A stretch of DNA of 64,000 nt, from assembly GCA_051362555.1 (NCBI GenBank), contig CM120644.1, positions 12,360,567 through 12,424,566 of the forward strand, given 5' to 3'. The number at the start of each line of letters is the position of its first letter. Position 1 is the first letter of the stretch. Shown here piece by piece: positions 1-11,930 of the stretch. A program made the translations under genes and the position numbers. The notes beneath the pieces were generated by a model that was not told the origin of the DNA, ran no database searches, and saw only the letters and a list, made by a program, of their open reading frames with translations. This DNA comes from Lingula anatina (lineage: Eukaryota > Animalia > Brachiopoda).

Positions 1-96
1 TCATTTCATTTCTCAAGACGTATATTTTTACATATATTGCTTTATTTACTAGATTTTTACCACTGACTTTCAAGAATTTCCTCCACAAAATTTCAG

Positions 97-380
97 GTGT
101 AGGATCTCAAAAAAACATAAAAGTGGTATTAAACCCTACGTCTAAACCCCCAACCTCAGAAAAACCTAGCATTCCAGTGAAACCTCCACACATTAGAAAA
201 CCAAGCACTCCGACGGAGGGTGCGCAACATAATGGGTCCTTTAACACATCCATGAAGACTAATTACAGCGAGAGTGACCTGGCGCGGATGGCTGACTCGG
301 GATTGTATCCTGGTACCCACAATGCAACAGTTGTAGAGTTTGTGGCGTTTGTGGGCGTGATCTTGTTGAGGAAGCTGTAA
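97..380 (+). CDS. Candidate alternative (terminal or cassette) exon, probably of WIP
   Basis: tttcag|GT acceptor in phase 1, the same phase as exon 2586; open frame to TAA at 378-380; Pro/Lys-rich start (KPSIPVKPP) and hydrophobic end. A possible in-frame donor CCTG|gtaccc lies at 312. Confidence 0.45.
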
Positions 381-1440
381 AGGGGACCATAATCAATTGT
401 GTTGTATTGAAAGATGATTTTGGACGTTATGAAGCAAAAAACAGAACATATGGTTGCAATTTCTTATAGTGTCACTGTCAGTATGTTGTAAACACATACA
501 TGCTTACATAAATCTGAAAAGAGCATTACATGCATTTATATAGAATTAATATTTTTCCATTAAAAAATGGAAGAACAGCGTAATTTGAATATGGTCCCTT
601 TTGTAGTTCCATGTCTGCTAATTAAGATGTTCTTTATTTTACCACTATTTCAGTTTTAATTTCTATTTCCCAGTTTGCAAAAATGCAGTCCTGCATGCCA
701 GTATACTTTGTTGTTATATTTATCTTTATTTCCAACTTTATTTTTGAATGCCAAGTGTATTATACAGTGAATGAGGTATTAAGTGGTGTTCTGTAGTTTG
801 CAGTGGCAGTGGAATTAGGCTTAATTTTCAGTCGTCGTATTGTAGAGTTTATTGGTGATTCATTGGATGCATTGTGTCTCATCAGATATCACTGTGTTTG
901 ATGAAGTAACTACTTGTGGGCTATAAATTATATCAGATGTAACATAAAAGACAAAAAAAGGCTGCACAAAAAGTATGTAGAAAATTGATTCTGTCCATGA
1001 AGATACTTAACTGGCCAATCTAAAGGTATTCTGCCCAAAGAGGTGTGATACGGGTTCCTGTAGCATTTTGTAGTCACAGTGCATTTCAAAATATTTTTAA
1101 AATGATGGATATGTGGCACATCAACCTTTAGATCAAACATCAGATTAATATACAGCACAATGCATGGCTTTCTCAACTGATGCATTCACATTGTCCTTCA
1201 GCAATTGTAAACTGTAATGAGTTGCCAGAGTATGAATTACCTGCTGGGTTTATGATTGGTTTATCTTTGACAATTAAATTCAGTCAAGTGGATTTGAACT
1301 AAATTAGTACGGCCCATCCCAGCTGGACTGCAGTTTACAATAAGTTCATCAAAGACTGTCACCGTAAATGTAATCACATGCTCTATATGTATTATTGCTC
1401 TTTAGTACCACAGAAATAGAGGAAAGTTTCTTACTGTTAG

Positions 1441-1679
1441 ACACCACTCCCATAGACACCACCAATCTACATAGATCCAACTCTGTGGGGACTCGCGGAG
1501 TGCAATCAGCTTAATTGAATGACACACCAACTCTTGTTTCCAACCTGCTTGCAATAATCACCAAATTTTCTGTATTTAACTTAATACCAAGAGGAGGCAT
1601 GCCCTTGCATTCAGCCAGAGTTCCTGCAATTTGGATCGCTCTACGTAGAGTCGTAGACCGTTTCAATTGATATGTGCCC
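1441..1679. mobile_element. Degenerate MITE, family A
   Basis: Shares ctacRtagatc, ggggactc.cg, ttctgtatt and gaggagg blocks with the copies at 50386, 52513, 58002 and 63124; imperfect long inverted repeat. Confidence 0.6.
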
Positions 1680-2585
1680 TATGATTGGCTTCCTCTTTGA
1701 TGATGTGATGGGTAATATCAAGTTGGGCAGATCCAAATTATCTGGAAACACGGCAGCAGTAGACAATTAAACCCCTTTTTAAGAATATCGAGAATCAATT
1801 TTTTAATTAATAAATACTAAAATATTGGTTGCATTTGTTATTCCAGATTTGAAGAAGAAAATGAAGTGCTTATTATAAGTTAACATGACATATTTTTTAT
1901 GATTTTTTTTTTTTTTTTTTTCATTTTCCATTTTAGATGGTGGGCCTCGTGATGCACAGAATTTTGTTCAATGAAATGCTTTTCAGAATTTGGCTTTGCT
2001 TTCTTTATATAATGCTGTCATTAGAGAAATGTAGATAGATGGGCTTAACCAGCACAATGCATGGGTGTATTAATCCAGCTTGCATGTTTGCTAGATATAT
2101 CATCATATATTTCACTAACGGTATATACTTGTGAACATGAAGATTTTTGGAAATCAGAAACATCACCATTAACCGTCATTTCAAATTACAGTTAGTAGTT
2201 AGAAACAGTCTTAGTATTTAATGGGTAATATTGATGTCAAACTTGTATTACTCAATCTTAGAAGTACACAACTCTTTATTCTACAAAAATGTAAACTGCA
2301 GCACATTTTATATTCACACAGTCTAACCTGTAATTTTTGCACATGCAAGAAAGAAGTGTTCGAAGTTTAATGTGAATGATAATGTCTCCCTTGTAAGGAG
2401 GGTTGTCCTTTTTGGTCCAAAATGTCGTGTTACATTACTGTGTCGGCTGATATTTATTTCATACAGTAACACCATTCATGCATGCCTATTACATTGCACT
2501 CAGCCTTAAAAAACAATTTCACATTTTAAAATAATTTTCTAATGTCTTTAATTTTAACATTGTGTGACATTAACCTCTATTACAG

Positions 2586-2723
2586 CCAGCCAATCAAACT
2601 CAGGCGGAGGCAGTGGTGGACCAGGAGGAGGAGGAGGAGGAGGTGGAGGTTTTGGGGGTGGAGCACCTTCCGGATTAGGCGGCTTATTTGCTGGTGGAAT
2701 GCCAAAGCTTAGACCTGTAGGAA
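2586..2723 (+). CDS. WIPF: WIP exon: Gly-rich linker + GLGGLFAGGMPKLRPVG (second WH2-like motif)
   Basis: ttacag|CC acceptor, GGAA|gtgagt donor, phase 1-1; matches the WIP GGLF.GMPKLR segment. Confidence 0.88.
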
Positions 2724-5700
2724 GTGAGTAGCATTCACATTATACAATAAGGCCGCATTCACAACCAGTTGATCCGTGAACTAACAGATAAGTAAATCAA
2801 ATATGGCCGACCCACTTGAAAGATTGCCGCAAAATCCCCTCATAGACACTAAATAGATAATATGGCAAGCTTTCAAGTGGGTTGGCATTATTTGATCTGC
2901 GAATCTGTTAGTCTGCAGATCAACTTTAGTTGTGAATGTGGCCTTAGATGGTAAGTGAGATGTATGGGTAGAGAAATACGAATGTGGGTCATTAATTACT
3001 TTTGTGCGTATTTTCAACTCCCCAAACTACTTCCAATAGCCCTAAAGCAAGTTATCGCACCAAGGCCCCACAGTTGCTGTCACAGAAGAGTCAAAGTGCA
3101 ATTACGTAACTTGATCCAATCTTGAGTCATTTTCACCAAAACATGCCGTCATAGTTTCAAGGTTAGATACACTGCCTGTGCCCTGGTAATAACAAGGTTT
3201 CAATGTGATTAGGGAGGAAGTTTTGAGTGATAAGCAGACCTAGGACAAGATCATGAGCTATATGATATCTGAGAAGTAAGACAAGTAAGAAGAGGATTTT
3301 CAGGTTTATCTGTCTAGAGCATTATGAAATAAGTTTTTCCTTGGTGTCTAGATAAGATGGTGAAATGGTTATTTTGACCTAGATAAGGGTCTGTAGACAG
3401 TGGATCTAGTCTCTGAGTCAAGCATTACTCTGTTTTGCTACTCTCTGGAGCTGTGGATTTGTTGGACAGCATTTCACAAGATTTTCCCCTCGATGACATA
3501 TTTTGTCAATTTACCTCCAAATATTTGAGAAGTGATATGTTGATATATTTTCTTCCCACATGCAAAATTAAGATCTAGATTTTGCAGAGGGAGAAGTAAC
3601 TTGGCTTGGCCCTGGTGCAACTCTTGTGTTTTGATATAATTTATTCAGTCACATATATTCATTATATAAGTGTGTGATATGTGAGTATATGATACATCAT
3701 GTTTAATTACTTGTATTAGTATTTAACTTTCACACATATCTATGAACTGACAGTGAAATGGCAGAAACTTTGAAAGCAATACGTGCAGGTGTTTTTACAA
3801 TAGAGAAAATTATGTATATGCTTCTTGTTACTGATTTGAATTTGATGATCAAGGATTTATTTAACACGTGCACCATACCATCAGCTATTTTAAAATCTTT
3901 TCCCAGCCAGATTTTTTTTCTTTTTCTTTTTTGTATAGCTTAATCTATTTATTAATTTTTTAGCATTTAGTTGAAATTTGCTGTGTTAGAAGGGGCCCAG
4001 TAGTAGTCTGTCAGCCATCTAGTATAACATGGTAATACTCATGTCATGCCCTGCTATCAACCGTGTTTACAATGAGGTCAGGATGGGGTGAGCTTGTATT
4101 GATTGGATAATGGTAACCCCAAGGGGATCTCATGATCTATCACAATTAGTGGCCCACTTCCTGCTTCTGAAGGATAGTAACAAGATGTAGATATGATTTT
4201 GTGCATTTATTTGGTTAAAAGAACGAAGAACAATAGGTAAGATTTAATAGGTCGTGTGAATTTTTTCCACTTTGAGATGTTGGGTAGTTTTGTGCCTGTT
4301 TTTTGAACAATCAAAAAAAAAAAAAGAAAAGATTGATAATTGTGTATCGAAGGCTCTAGTATTATGAGTTACATAGACACATATAACCTTGCTTGAAAAA
4401 AAACTGGCAGTGTCTATTTTTAATCCAATTTTTTGAAGAGTTAAAACTTTTAAGGCAATTTTGAAAGACGCATGGGCATATTAACATAAAAGGATCCACA
4501 TTTGAGTGAAAAGGGGGGATCAGAAGGTAGGGGCTTGCTTTGTTTTGTCAATCTTGTAGATAAGATTTCATCATTTGATGGGGAATTTGCCACATGTACA
4601 TTGCCTATGATAGCTACGGATCAGTACACAAGATGGTTGTCATTAGCAACAGACAGGGGAACCAGGAAGTAGGCCATGGAAATTGTGATAACCTGTTTTA
4701 GCATGTGTCGACTTAATGCTTCAGCTACATTGTTTATATAAAAAATGAACAAGATAAGCAACACAAAAAAAAAAAAATGAAAAGAAAAAAGAAATTTCAT
4801 AGTTGGTAGAGTAAGGATCTTATCTAAAAATAACAATTAATGTAATATTGATTTGTATCTTTCCAGATGGTGGACCTGCACTAAAGCCCTCAGGATTCAA
4901 GAAGCCAGCACCTAATACACAGACAAATACTAACAAAAACGGACAAAGTAATCATATAGGAGGTCCTCCGCCTCCACCCTCTTCAGCCTCTAAACCGAGG
5001 TTTGGTGCTCCAGTAAATAATAATAATACAATAAACGCTAATGCAAATAGAACTATTGACAACAGGCCCGCACTTCCTAGTAAAGGGCCGCCATCTTTAC
5101 CTTCAAAGCCAGGTGTGCCACCACCGCCACCTAGTGGACAAAAGCCTCAGTTTAATAGACAAACAAGTGATAGTTCTAGTGCACCAGTAGGGAGGCCGGG
5201 AGGACAGCCGCCTCCACCGCCACCTGCCAGGGTGCCCAATGCCGCGCCACCACCACCTCCACCATCAACAAATAAACCTGGCGGAAGATTAGACACACCA
5301 CCTCCGCCGCCACCTACGAGTCGACCGCCTCCTATGAGGGCGGATGCGGCACCTCCGCCACCACCACCCTCACAGAAGAAACCAGGAGGTCCAAAAATGA
5401 GGGCCAATGGCCCAGTGGCCAGCCCCCCAGCCTCACCTTCACACAGTCAGAATAAACCCCCTCCGCCCCCCAGTCCAATGAACAGAGGGAGTAGGAAAGC
5501 TAACCCAAATATGCAGAACAGGCCGCTGCCGCCACCTCCTGTGCAAGGCAGTGATGGAGGTTCTAGGCCGGGACCACCTCCACCCCCTGCGAGGTCTCAA
5601 CCCCCTCCCCCTCCTCCCCCTAGGTCTGCTACTGCACCCCCTCCTCCACCCCCTACACAACCCCCCTCAAATAGACCAAACACGGGGACATTAGGACGGC

Positions 5701-8004
5701 CGCCGCCTCCATCAGCACCCCCCTCTAACAGGCCCCCTCCTCCACCCCAGAGAAGTGCTGCAGGCTCAGCACCCCCTCCCCCACCCCCAGTGAGAAATAC
5801 CCCTCCCCCACCCCCTCCCACAAGGAACGCGGCCAGGACTTCAGGAATAGTAAATGATGGTATGTGCCATGGGTAATACAATAATGTAATATAGTGTTAT
5901 CCTAGACAAGTAATAGCTGTTAGTCCCACTAGCCTGTATTGTAAAGAGTATGGACAGATGTCTTTAGTACTTGAGACCCCCATATTAAAATTATCATGTT
6001 TTTATTTAGTAACAAGTTTTGTATGTAAAATAATTGTTTGGTTGGAGTAAGTTAGTAAACAGATGAACAACTTCCAGATAGTCCTGATCTTTGCCTGGAT
6101 TCCTAAACAAATGATAGTCAAGTTGAATGCTTAAAAATTATTTTCCAGACTTTGAATCCCGGTTTGAGTTCCACAATATCAATGTGCTTCCACCTCCAGA
6201 GCCTTTCCAGAAAGTTACACGTACCTATCCTAGTAAAAACCCAAGGAATCCTGGTAGGTATCCCAGCTTGCATTGGGGTTTCATTATTAGGAATTTGTCT
6301 CGACTAAAGGTTTTCAACCAAAATAACATTTTGGAACTTTGGCACATTGTGATAGCATCTTGACGCAGAACGCATGGAAGCTAAATCCTTTATATATGTA
6401 TATAATTCTCTATTTTTATTTTTTTTTATTCTGTTATGTGGGCCTTTTTTGTAATCTTTAAGGGGGGGGTGTTAAGAAAATTAAAACATTAAATTGACAA
6501 AGAAAGTTTGCAGCATTGTAGGTTTTAAATATTGCATTGCCTGAGGCTGAAATATAGGCACAGTTTTTTTTAACATAAAAAAAATTACCTTTGTTACAAG
6601 TGAATGCTTTGCTGCTGTACTATATTTAGGTAGTTTGCTCTGCGATCTATTTACTTACTGTGTACAGTATTTATGTTTCACTGTGAATCACTTCAGACTT
6701 CTCTGCATGTACTGCTCTCTGTGACTGCTTGTACTTGGATACTTGGATAACATTTGGGCCTTTTTCTGTACGATTTAACTGCTTCTGTTCTGAAAATGTT
6801 TGAGTGATGGTAATTGCTCATCAGATTTGGACAAAATTAAAGATTTTCACCAAGAAATCTTTTGTTCATGATATTTAGAAATGTGCATACAATTTTTTTT
6901 TTTTTTTGAAAAGTCAGTTGACTTTGTGAAAAATTATAAATTATAAATAAACCCTTGACAAGTATGAAACTTTCAATTCAGGGTTTGATTTTGATCCCTC
7001 AGATACAGGTATATGTTAAATGCTCTCTTGTTTTGGTGCATAAAATGTTTTTCTGACTTCCTCGTGTGTATTCCTTGCTTTTTGTCTTCAAGCTTTGTTT
7101 TACACTCTAATGTTAATTAATTGTAAAGAACTTCTAGTCAAATGCCACTTCTTAAACATAAAAGCTTTAACATTTTATCCCCTCCCCCTTCTTCTTTTTT
7201 TTTTTTCAACTTTTTCTTGTTTTGTATCACACATTCATTGGCTGTTTTGTGTTTCTTTTTGCTTTGAATTCAAATAACTTCTTCACCTTCTTTGTGTTTG
7301 GCATACTGATATCATGCTTACCTTTGCCATAGGCTTTTGTATTGAAAATCTGCTTCACAAAATGCATGGTTGGATTTAAAAAGTGATTTAATTTGAACAC
7401 GATCAGTGGTAGCAAATGCATACATCTTCCTGCTACTTAAATATATGTGCTCACTAAGGAGAAGAAAATACAACCTGTGTCCTTGGGTTTGCCTGTTTGC
7501 ATTAAATATGCAAAATTACCCATGTATGATGATTGAATACAAACCAACATTATGTCATGGGTTTGGGTTGAGCTGACATTTGAGGATGGACATTGATAAA
7601 TGGGGGGTGGGGGTATCTTCTTGTTGGTTTTGATTATAAATGTTCATAAATTTGCATTACAAATTGTATGTTGATTGATGACCCATTTTGGAATTAAAAA
7701 GGAAACTGTCTGTTTTAATTTTAGGATATTTTTTTCTTGTTTGTTTTAATTCTATATCATATAGGGCAAAAAAAAAAAGGATCAGAGTGATGTAAACTTT
7801 ACCAAAGATGTAATTTTTTTTAGTTGAATTTTCTTAAACTGATTTAGACAATTTTTACTAATATCAGTAATAATAAAATTTCAAGACCTGTTGGAAAAGT
7901 AGTAAATTATGGTCTTTGTCTGTAACATTGAATATTTAAATATACCACTTTATTTTACAGCAAACATGAGACAACAAGCTCCACCACCTCCTCCTCCTCG
8001 ATAG
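2586..8004 (+). CDS. WIPF: WAS/WASL-interacting protein family (WIP/verprolin) gene, 5'-partial; join(2586..2723,4867..5859,6149..6253,7961..8004)
   Basis: Four exons joined by GT-AG introns, all phase 1 and frame-consistent. They encode a Gly-rich segment with GLGGLFAGGMPKLR, a long polyproline region, the WASP-binding motif DDFESRFEFH..LPPPEPF..TYPSK and the C-terminus APPPPPPR*, in the order seen in WIP/verprolin. The N-terminal WH2 exon is outside the window. Confidence 0.92.
2751..2943. mobile_element. Harbinger/Tourist-like MITE, family B
   Basis: Imperfect TIRs of about 80 bp (ggccgcattcacaac...gttgtgaatgtggcc; acccacttgaaag/ctttcaagtgggt) flanked by TAA/TTA. Confidence 0.8.
4867..5859 (+). 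CDS. WIPF: WIP exon: proline-rich region
   Basis: Lies within ORF 4848..5876; ttccag|AT acceptor, GATG|gtatgt donor; about 330 aa of polyproline/SH3-ligand motifs. Confidence 0.93.
6149..6253 (+). CDS. WIPF: WIP exon: WASP/N-WASP EVH1-binding domain
   Basis: ttccag|AC ... CCTG|gtaggt; encodes DFESRFEFHNINVLPPPEPFQKVTRTYPSKNPRNP. Confidence 0.93.
7961..8004 (+). CDS. WIPF: WIP last coding exon
   Basis: tattttacag|CA AAC ATG AGA CAA CAA GCT CCA...CGA TAG; phase 1; ANMRQQAPPPPPPR* resembles WIP C-termini. Confidence 0.88.
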
Positions 8005-10534
8005 TATCGATCATGTGGCTGTCATGTGATGATCATGTGACATAGGACTTAAGTCTTGTGTGTTGGCAGTGAAAAACGAACTGATGCTCATAATTCAAAA
8101 TGGATGCACTGCATAAAGATATTTTATATTGCTGGGAAACTAGCAAAGACATGGGGTTTCATGGGAATAGGGAATGTGGAATCAGTCAAGTGGACAAATT
8201 GAGACAAAAGCAGAAAACTAAGAAGATAATGAAGGAAAAATTCAATTAAATAAAATGGATCAAAACAACTAGATACAAGATATGTAGAATGGTTTGGTTT
8301 AAATGAAACTGAAACCAAAATATTGGAAATTGAAGTAAGGCCAATGAGTGTGAACAAATACAGAGGAAACGAGGGAATAGTACATATATAAATATATATA
8401 TGTAAAATGAAAGAACATCTTAAGATGCAGAATTGAATGATTTAGTATAACTGAAAAAATGAGGCAGATGAGGGACATGAGGAGGAAATTATTTATTTAA
8501 GATATAATCACTCTTTTTATGATGACCAACTTTTTGTCAGTATTGGAAGACTTGGGGTTGAAGGTAAAATACTAATAATAAATCTTTAGTATGCGGAACT
8601 GTGTACGAAAGAAATATACATGTTACACACCCATGAAAAATGCTTTTCAGCAGGTGAGTGTCATCTTACTCCAATACACTTGTGTGTAGATGGCGCTTTC
8701 CCAAGACAGGCTTAAACTAACTTGCAACGACTGAAATGGAAAATTACACAGGCAATTTAATGTGAGCACAACAATGTATTGCCATAGATTGTGATTTTGA
8801 TATTTTGAGCAACTCCTGATTCTGCTGATTGTAAATTAGTTTTCTTTTTTCGTAAGTGGCTTATATAGAAATGGACATAATAATGGATCAGTATTTTCTG
8901 TGCCTCAGTCTTCCGTTGCTGCAAGACCTATAAAAAACAAATCAGAACAGCTTCTAAGTCTTAAGATTTGTCAAGTCTACCAGTTTGTGTCAATTTGATA
9001 TTTAAAGAAGAATTGCTGCAAATTAATATTAACCTTTTATCAAAGACATTGACAAACACCTTTTTTTCTTTTTTTTTTTTTTACTCAGGACTTAAATTTT
9101 GCTTGTTTGGGTGGGTCTTGGTGGCTTTGAATAACTATAGGTCATGAACAGTGTCCAACAAAGTAGTTTGTTGTATTAATTTTCCATTTTTTTCGATAAA
9201 AACCTACCTGTAGTTGCTACAGTGTCCGTCACAGGTATTCAAGGTTATCAAAATATGTGCACTAAGTTTATCACATAGTGCATACAGGGCACCTGAAAAC
9301 ATATTGAAAGATTTGTCAGGAGTGCACAGACTTGGAAGCCTCTTGATCGGTGTCAAGGTCACCTGAGCTGTTGGATTGCCTTACACACTACTAAATTAAA
9401 TCATGTCATGGTGTATTGCATCAATATTATTGTGTGTTCACACACAGGATAATCCAAAGTAAGACGGGCAGGTGTGATAACTGTGATCATAATGGATGTA
9501 TAGATATCTTTTCGTGAACTTATATAAGATTAAGTTCTCAACAATTTAATTATGTTTCCCAAGTAATGGTTATAGATATATTACGTGATGAATAAATGTT
9601 TAAATAAATTGTATACTGTACCAGAAGGTGTGTCAGGTCATGTTTGGAGTTATAGGTTTCTGCCGTCTATATAGGTATAGGAGACGGTGACACACCTTGA
9701 GATATGGTCACTTAAAGGTGTAGGGCAAGATTACTTCAGGACTGGCAAAGATTTAAACTGTCTTGTTGAGCTGGATAAAAAGACCTCATCGAAAAAATGA
9801 ACTGACAGTGTACAAATGTCATCAAAATCCACATTCCTGGACCAAATGTGCATTAATTGTAAGAATGTATAAACTTCCCTTTGTGGCACCTCACATAATT
9901 TATATGTAATGTAATATATATAGATTGGTAAATGTGGAAGGGATTGGAGCTCCTGAAATCCTGATTGGATTCTTATCAAAATCTGGGTGCATGATATCAA
10001 GATGCTCAGTATTGAAAATGGGGTTAGAACAAAAGGTGACTCTGCTACTTGCCAAAGCGCCATTACTGCATAGGTGTAATTTTTTCCTTTACTGTTTGGA
10101 AGGTATATCTTGAAATATATTTGTTGAATTTATAAAAAACAGTACAAGTCCTAAAATTCACTGAGAGATTTGCATACTCTCAATGAGAGAAACAAGACTT
10201 AACCTCATCTGTTCCTTGGGACACCAATGATGAGTTTTGTTGGGTAACATTTTTCTTTCAAAATGTTCTTTGTATTACAGCAAGGGTTAGATTAATGGCA
10301 TTGTGAAAAAAAAAATAGATGTATTATGATAAGTTTTGGCAGAAGCGTCTGTTCTTGCCTTGATGAAGTACAAATTAGAAAAGAAAACAGTTGAAACAAA
10401 ACTATATCATATGTGGCAGAATAATGCCTCGTTCAATTTTGCTGCAATTGTATGATTATTTTCCCTAACAAAATGGATCTTGAAGACACTGTATATTAAG
10501 TGTCTGTTAGATGGAGAGGACTTAAATTGTTGAA

Positions 10535-10540
10535 AATAAA
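10535..10540 (+). terminator. Likely WIP polyadenylation signal (alternatives at 9591 and 9603)
   Basis: AATAAA followed about 20 nt later by GT/T-rich sequence (gtgttgtctttcttgt), close to the end of the CpG-depleted, T-skewed domain. Confidence 0.45.
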
Positions 10541-11179
10541 TGATATTATTATACCATAGTGTTGTCTTTCTTGTAGTATTCCTTTAAAGAGTATGATGGT
10601 AAGGATGGGTTCATATGTACAGTTCATAATCTTTAAAATGGCATATTGTTGGAGAGAGATATCATAATGATTTATGAAATCGGCTTATCTAAGATACTTA
10701 TATTATTTTCAAAAACAATATAAATATTTTTTTTCTTTGTGTTCGGGTTGTATGCTCGGCTGTCTAGAATGGTATAGGCTTGGATGCATTTCATTAAAAT
10801 TGGGCATACGCTCCCTCAGAAAATGGGCTGTTTTTTATTGGCATATTTTCGACTAAGAAAACCAGAATATGTAGCTCTTCTGTGTACATATTATTTCATA
10901 ACACTGCCTATAAAAGATACAAAATCATAATGTCAAGCCATCATAGGCTCATTCTCTGTGAAAAATGGTTGAGGGTGCTAGAAAACTTAACAATTTTTCC
11001 TTAGTGGAAAAGTCCTGTAATGTGTCCCACGGATAATTAATTTAAAATTGGTAATATTGGGACTATAAGTTTTTCTTATTGTTTGTTGCTGTCATCACTG
11101 AGAACTTAGACACAATAAGTGGATATAATCCTGTGACATATTATCCTCAAACCTACTGGAGTAATTTCAAAGACATTTA

Positions 11180-11930
11180 TTTAAAAATACAGTCTGAGTT
11201 CGAATAATAACTTGATTGGATTCATTTTCTTGAAGAGTAAGTAGAAAGTGCTTTTTCTCAGTGAACAGTCAGAATCGGTGATAATAAAATGTAGACCTTG
11301 ACAAAAGGTGGATTAAAAGCACTACAAGCAACTAATAATGCATTTTGGCAAAACATTATTGATTCTTTGAAATCCCAGTATAACCCCAGAAGAAGTCTAT
11401 CACAACCATTTTGAAAAATCTCAAAAATTAAAATAAATGAAAAAAGCTCTTTTCCATCAAAGATAGTGTAAAGATGGTATATTTTACATTAATGATATTA
11501 TAAATGACGTTGAGAATTTCCTGTCTCTAGAGCAACTCAACGAAAAATTCGTAAAACTATCTCTACCCATCACATCATATGAAACAATTGACTCGTTTAA
11601 AAAAAAACTATCAAACTATCCTGATATTAAAAGAAAAACTCCCCAAGGCCATATAATATCACCAGATTAAAGTGTAGGTACATGATACGCGAATATTAAA
11701 AAAAGACATTGAAATAATGATAACTGGCAACTGATAGGTATTTAGATCCCACTTTCAAGAAGCAGATGACATAAAACTGCAGACGCTTCAATTTAGAATA
11801 AAAATCATAGAATATTCTTTACTAATGTCTGTCTTATTGAAAATTTTAAAAAGAAACAGAACAGTGTGAATTTTGCAATACTGAAAGACATATTAATATG
11901 TGATTTGATATATCTATCTTCATTATTTTC
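11180..11930 (+). mobile_element. Decayed L1/Tx1-type LINE ORF2 3' fragment
   Basis: Broken frames give NNAFWQNII, KDGIFYINDII..FLSLEQLNEKF, DIKLQTLQFRI..HRIFFTN and CEFCNTE, which resemble the L1/Tx1 C-terminal zinc-finger region. Confidence 0.65.

Noticed and set aside
5147-5881. Gly-rich minus-strand ORFs
   Set aside because: They are antisense shadows of the polyproline codons in the WIP exon.
8002-8040. Stop-codon readthrough giving a prenylated WIP tail (YRSCGCHVMIM*)
   Set aside because: TAG-T is a poor readthrough context and no Cys sits at the CaaX -4 position.
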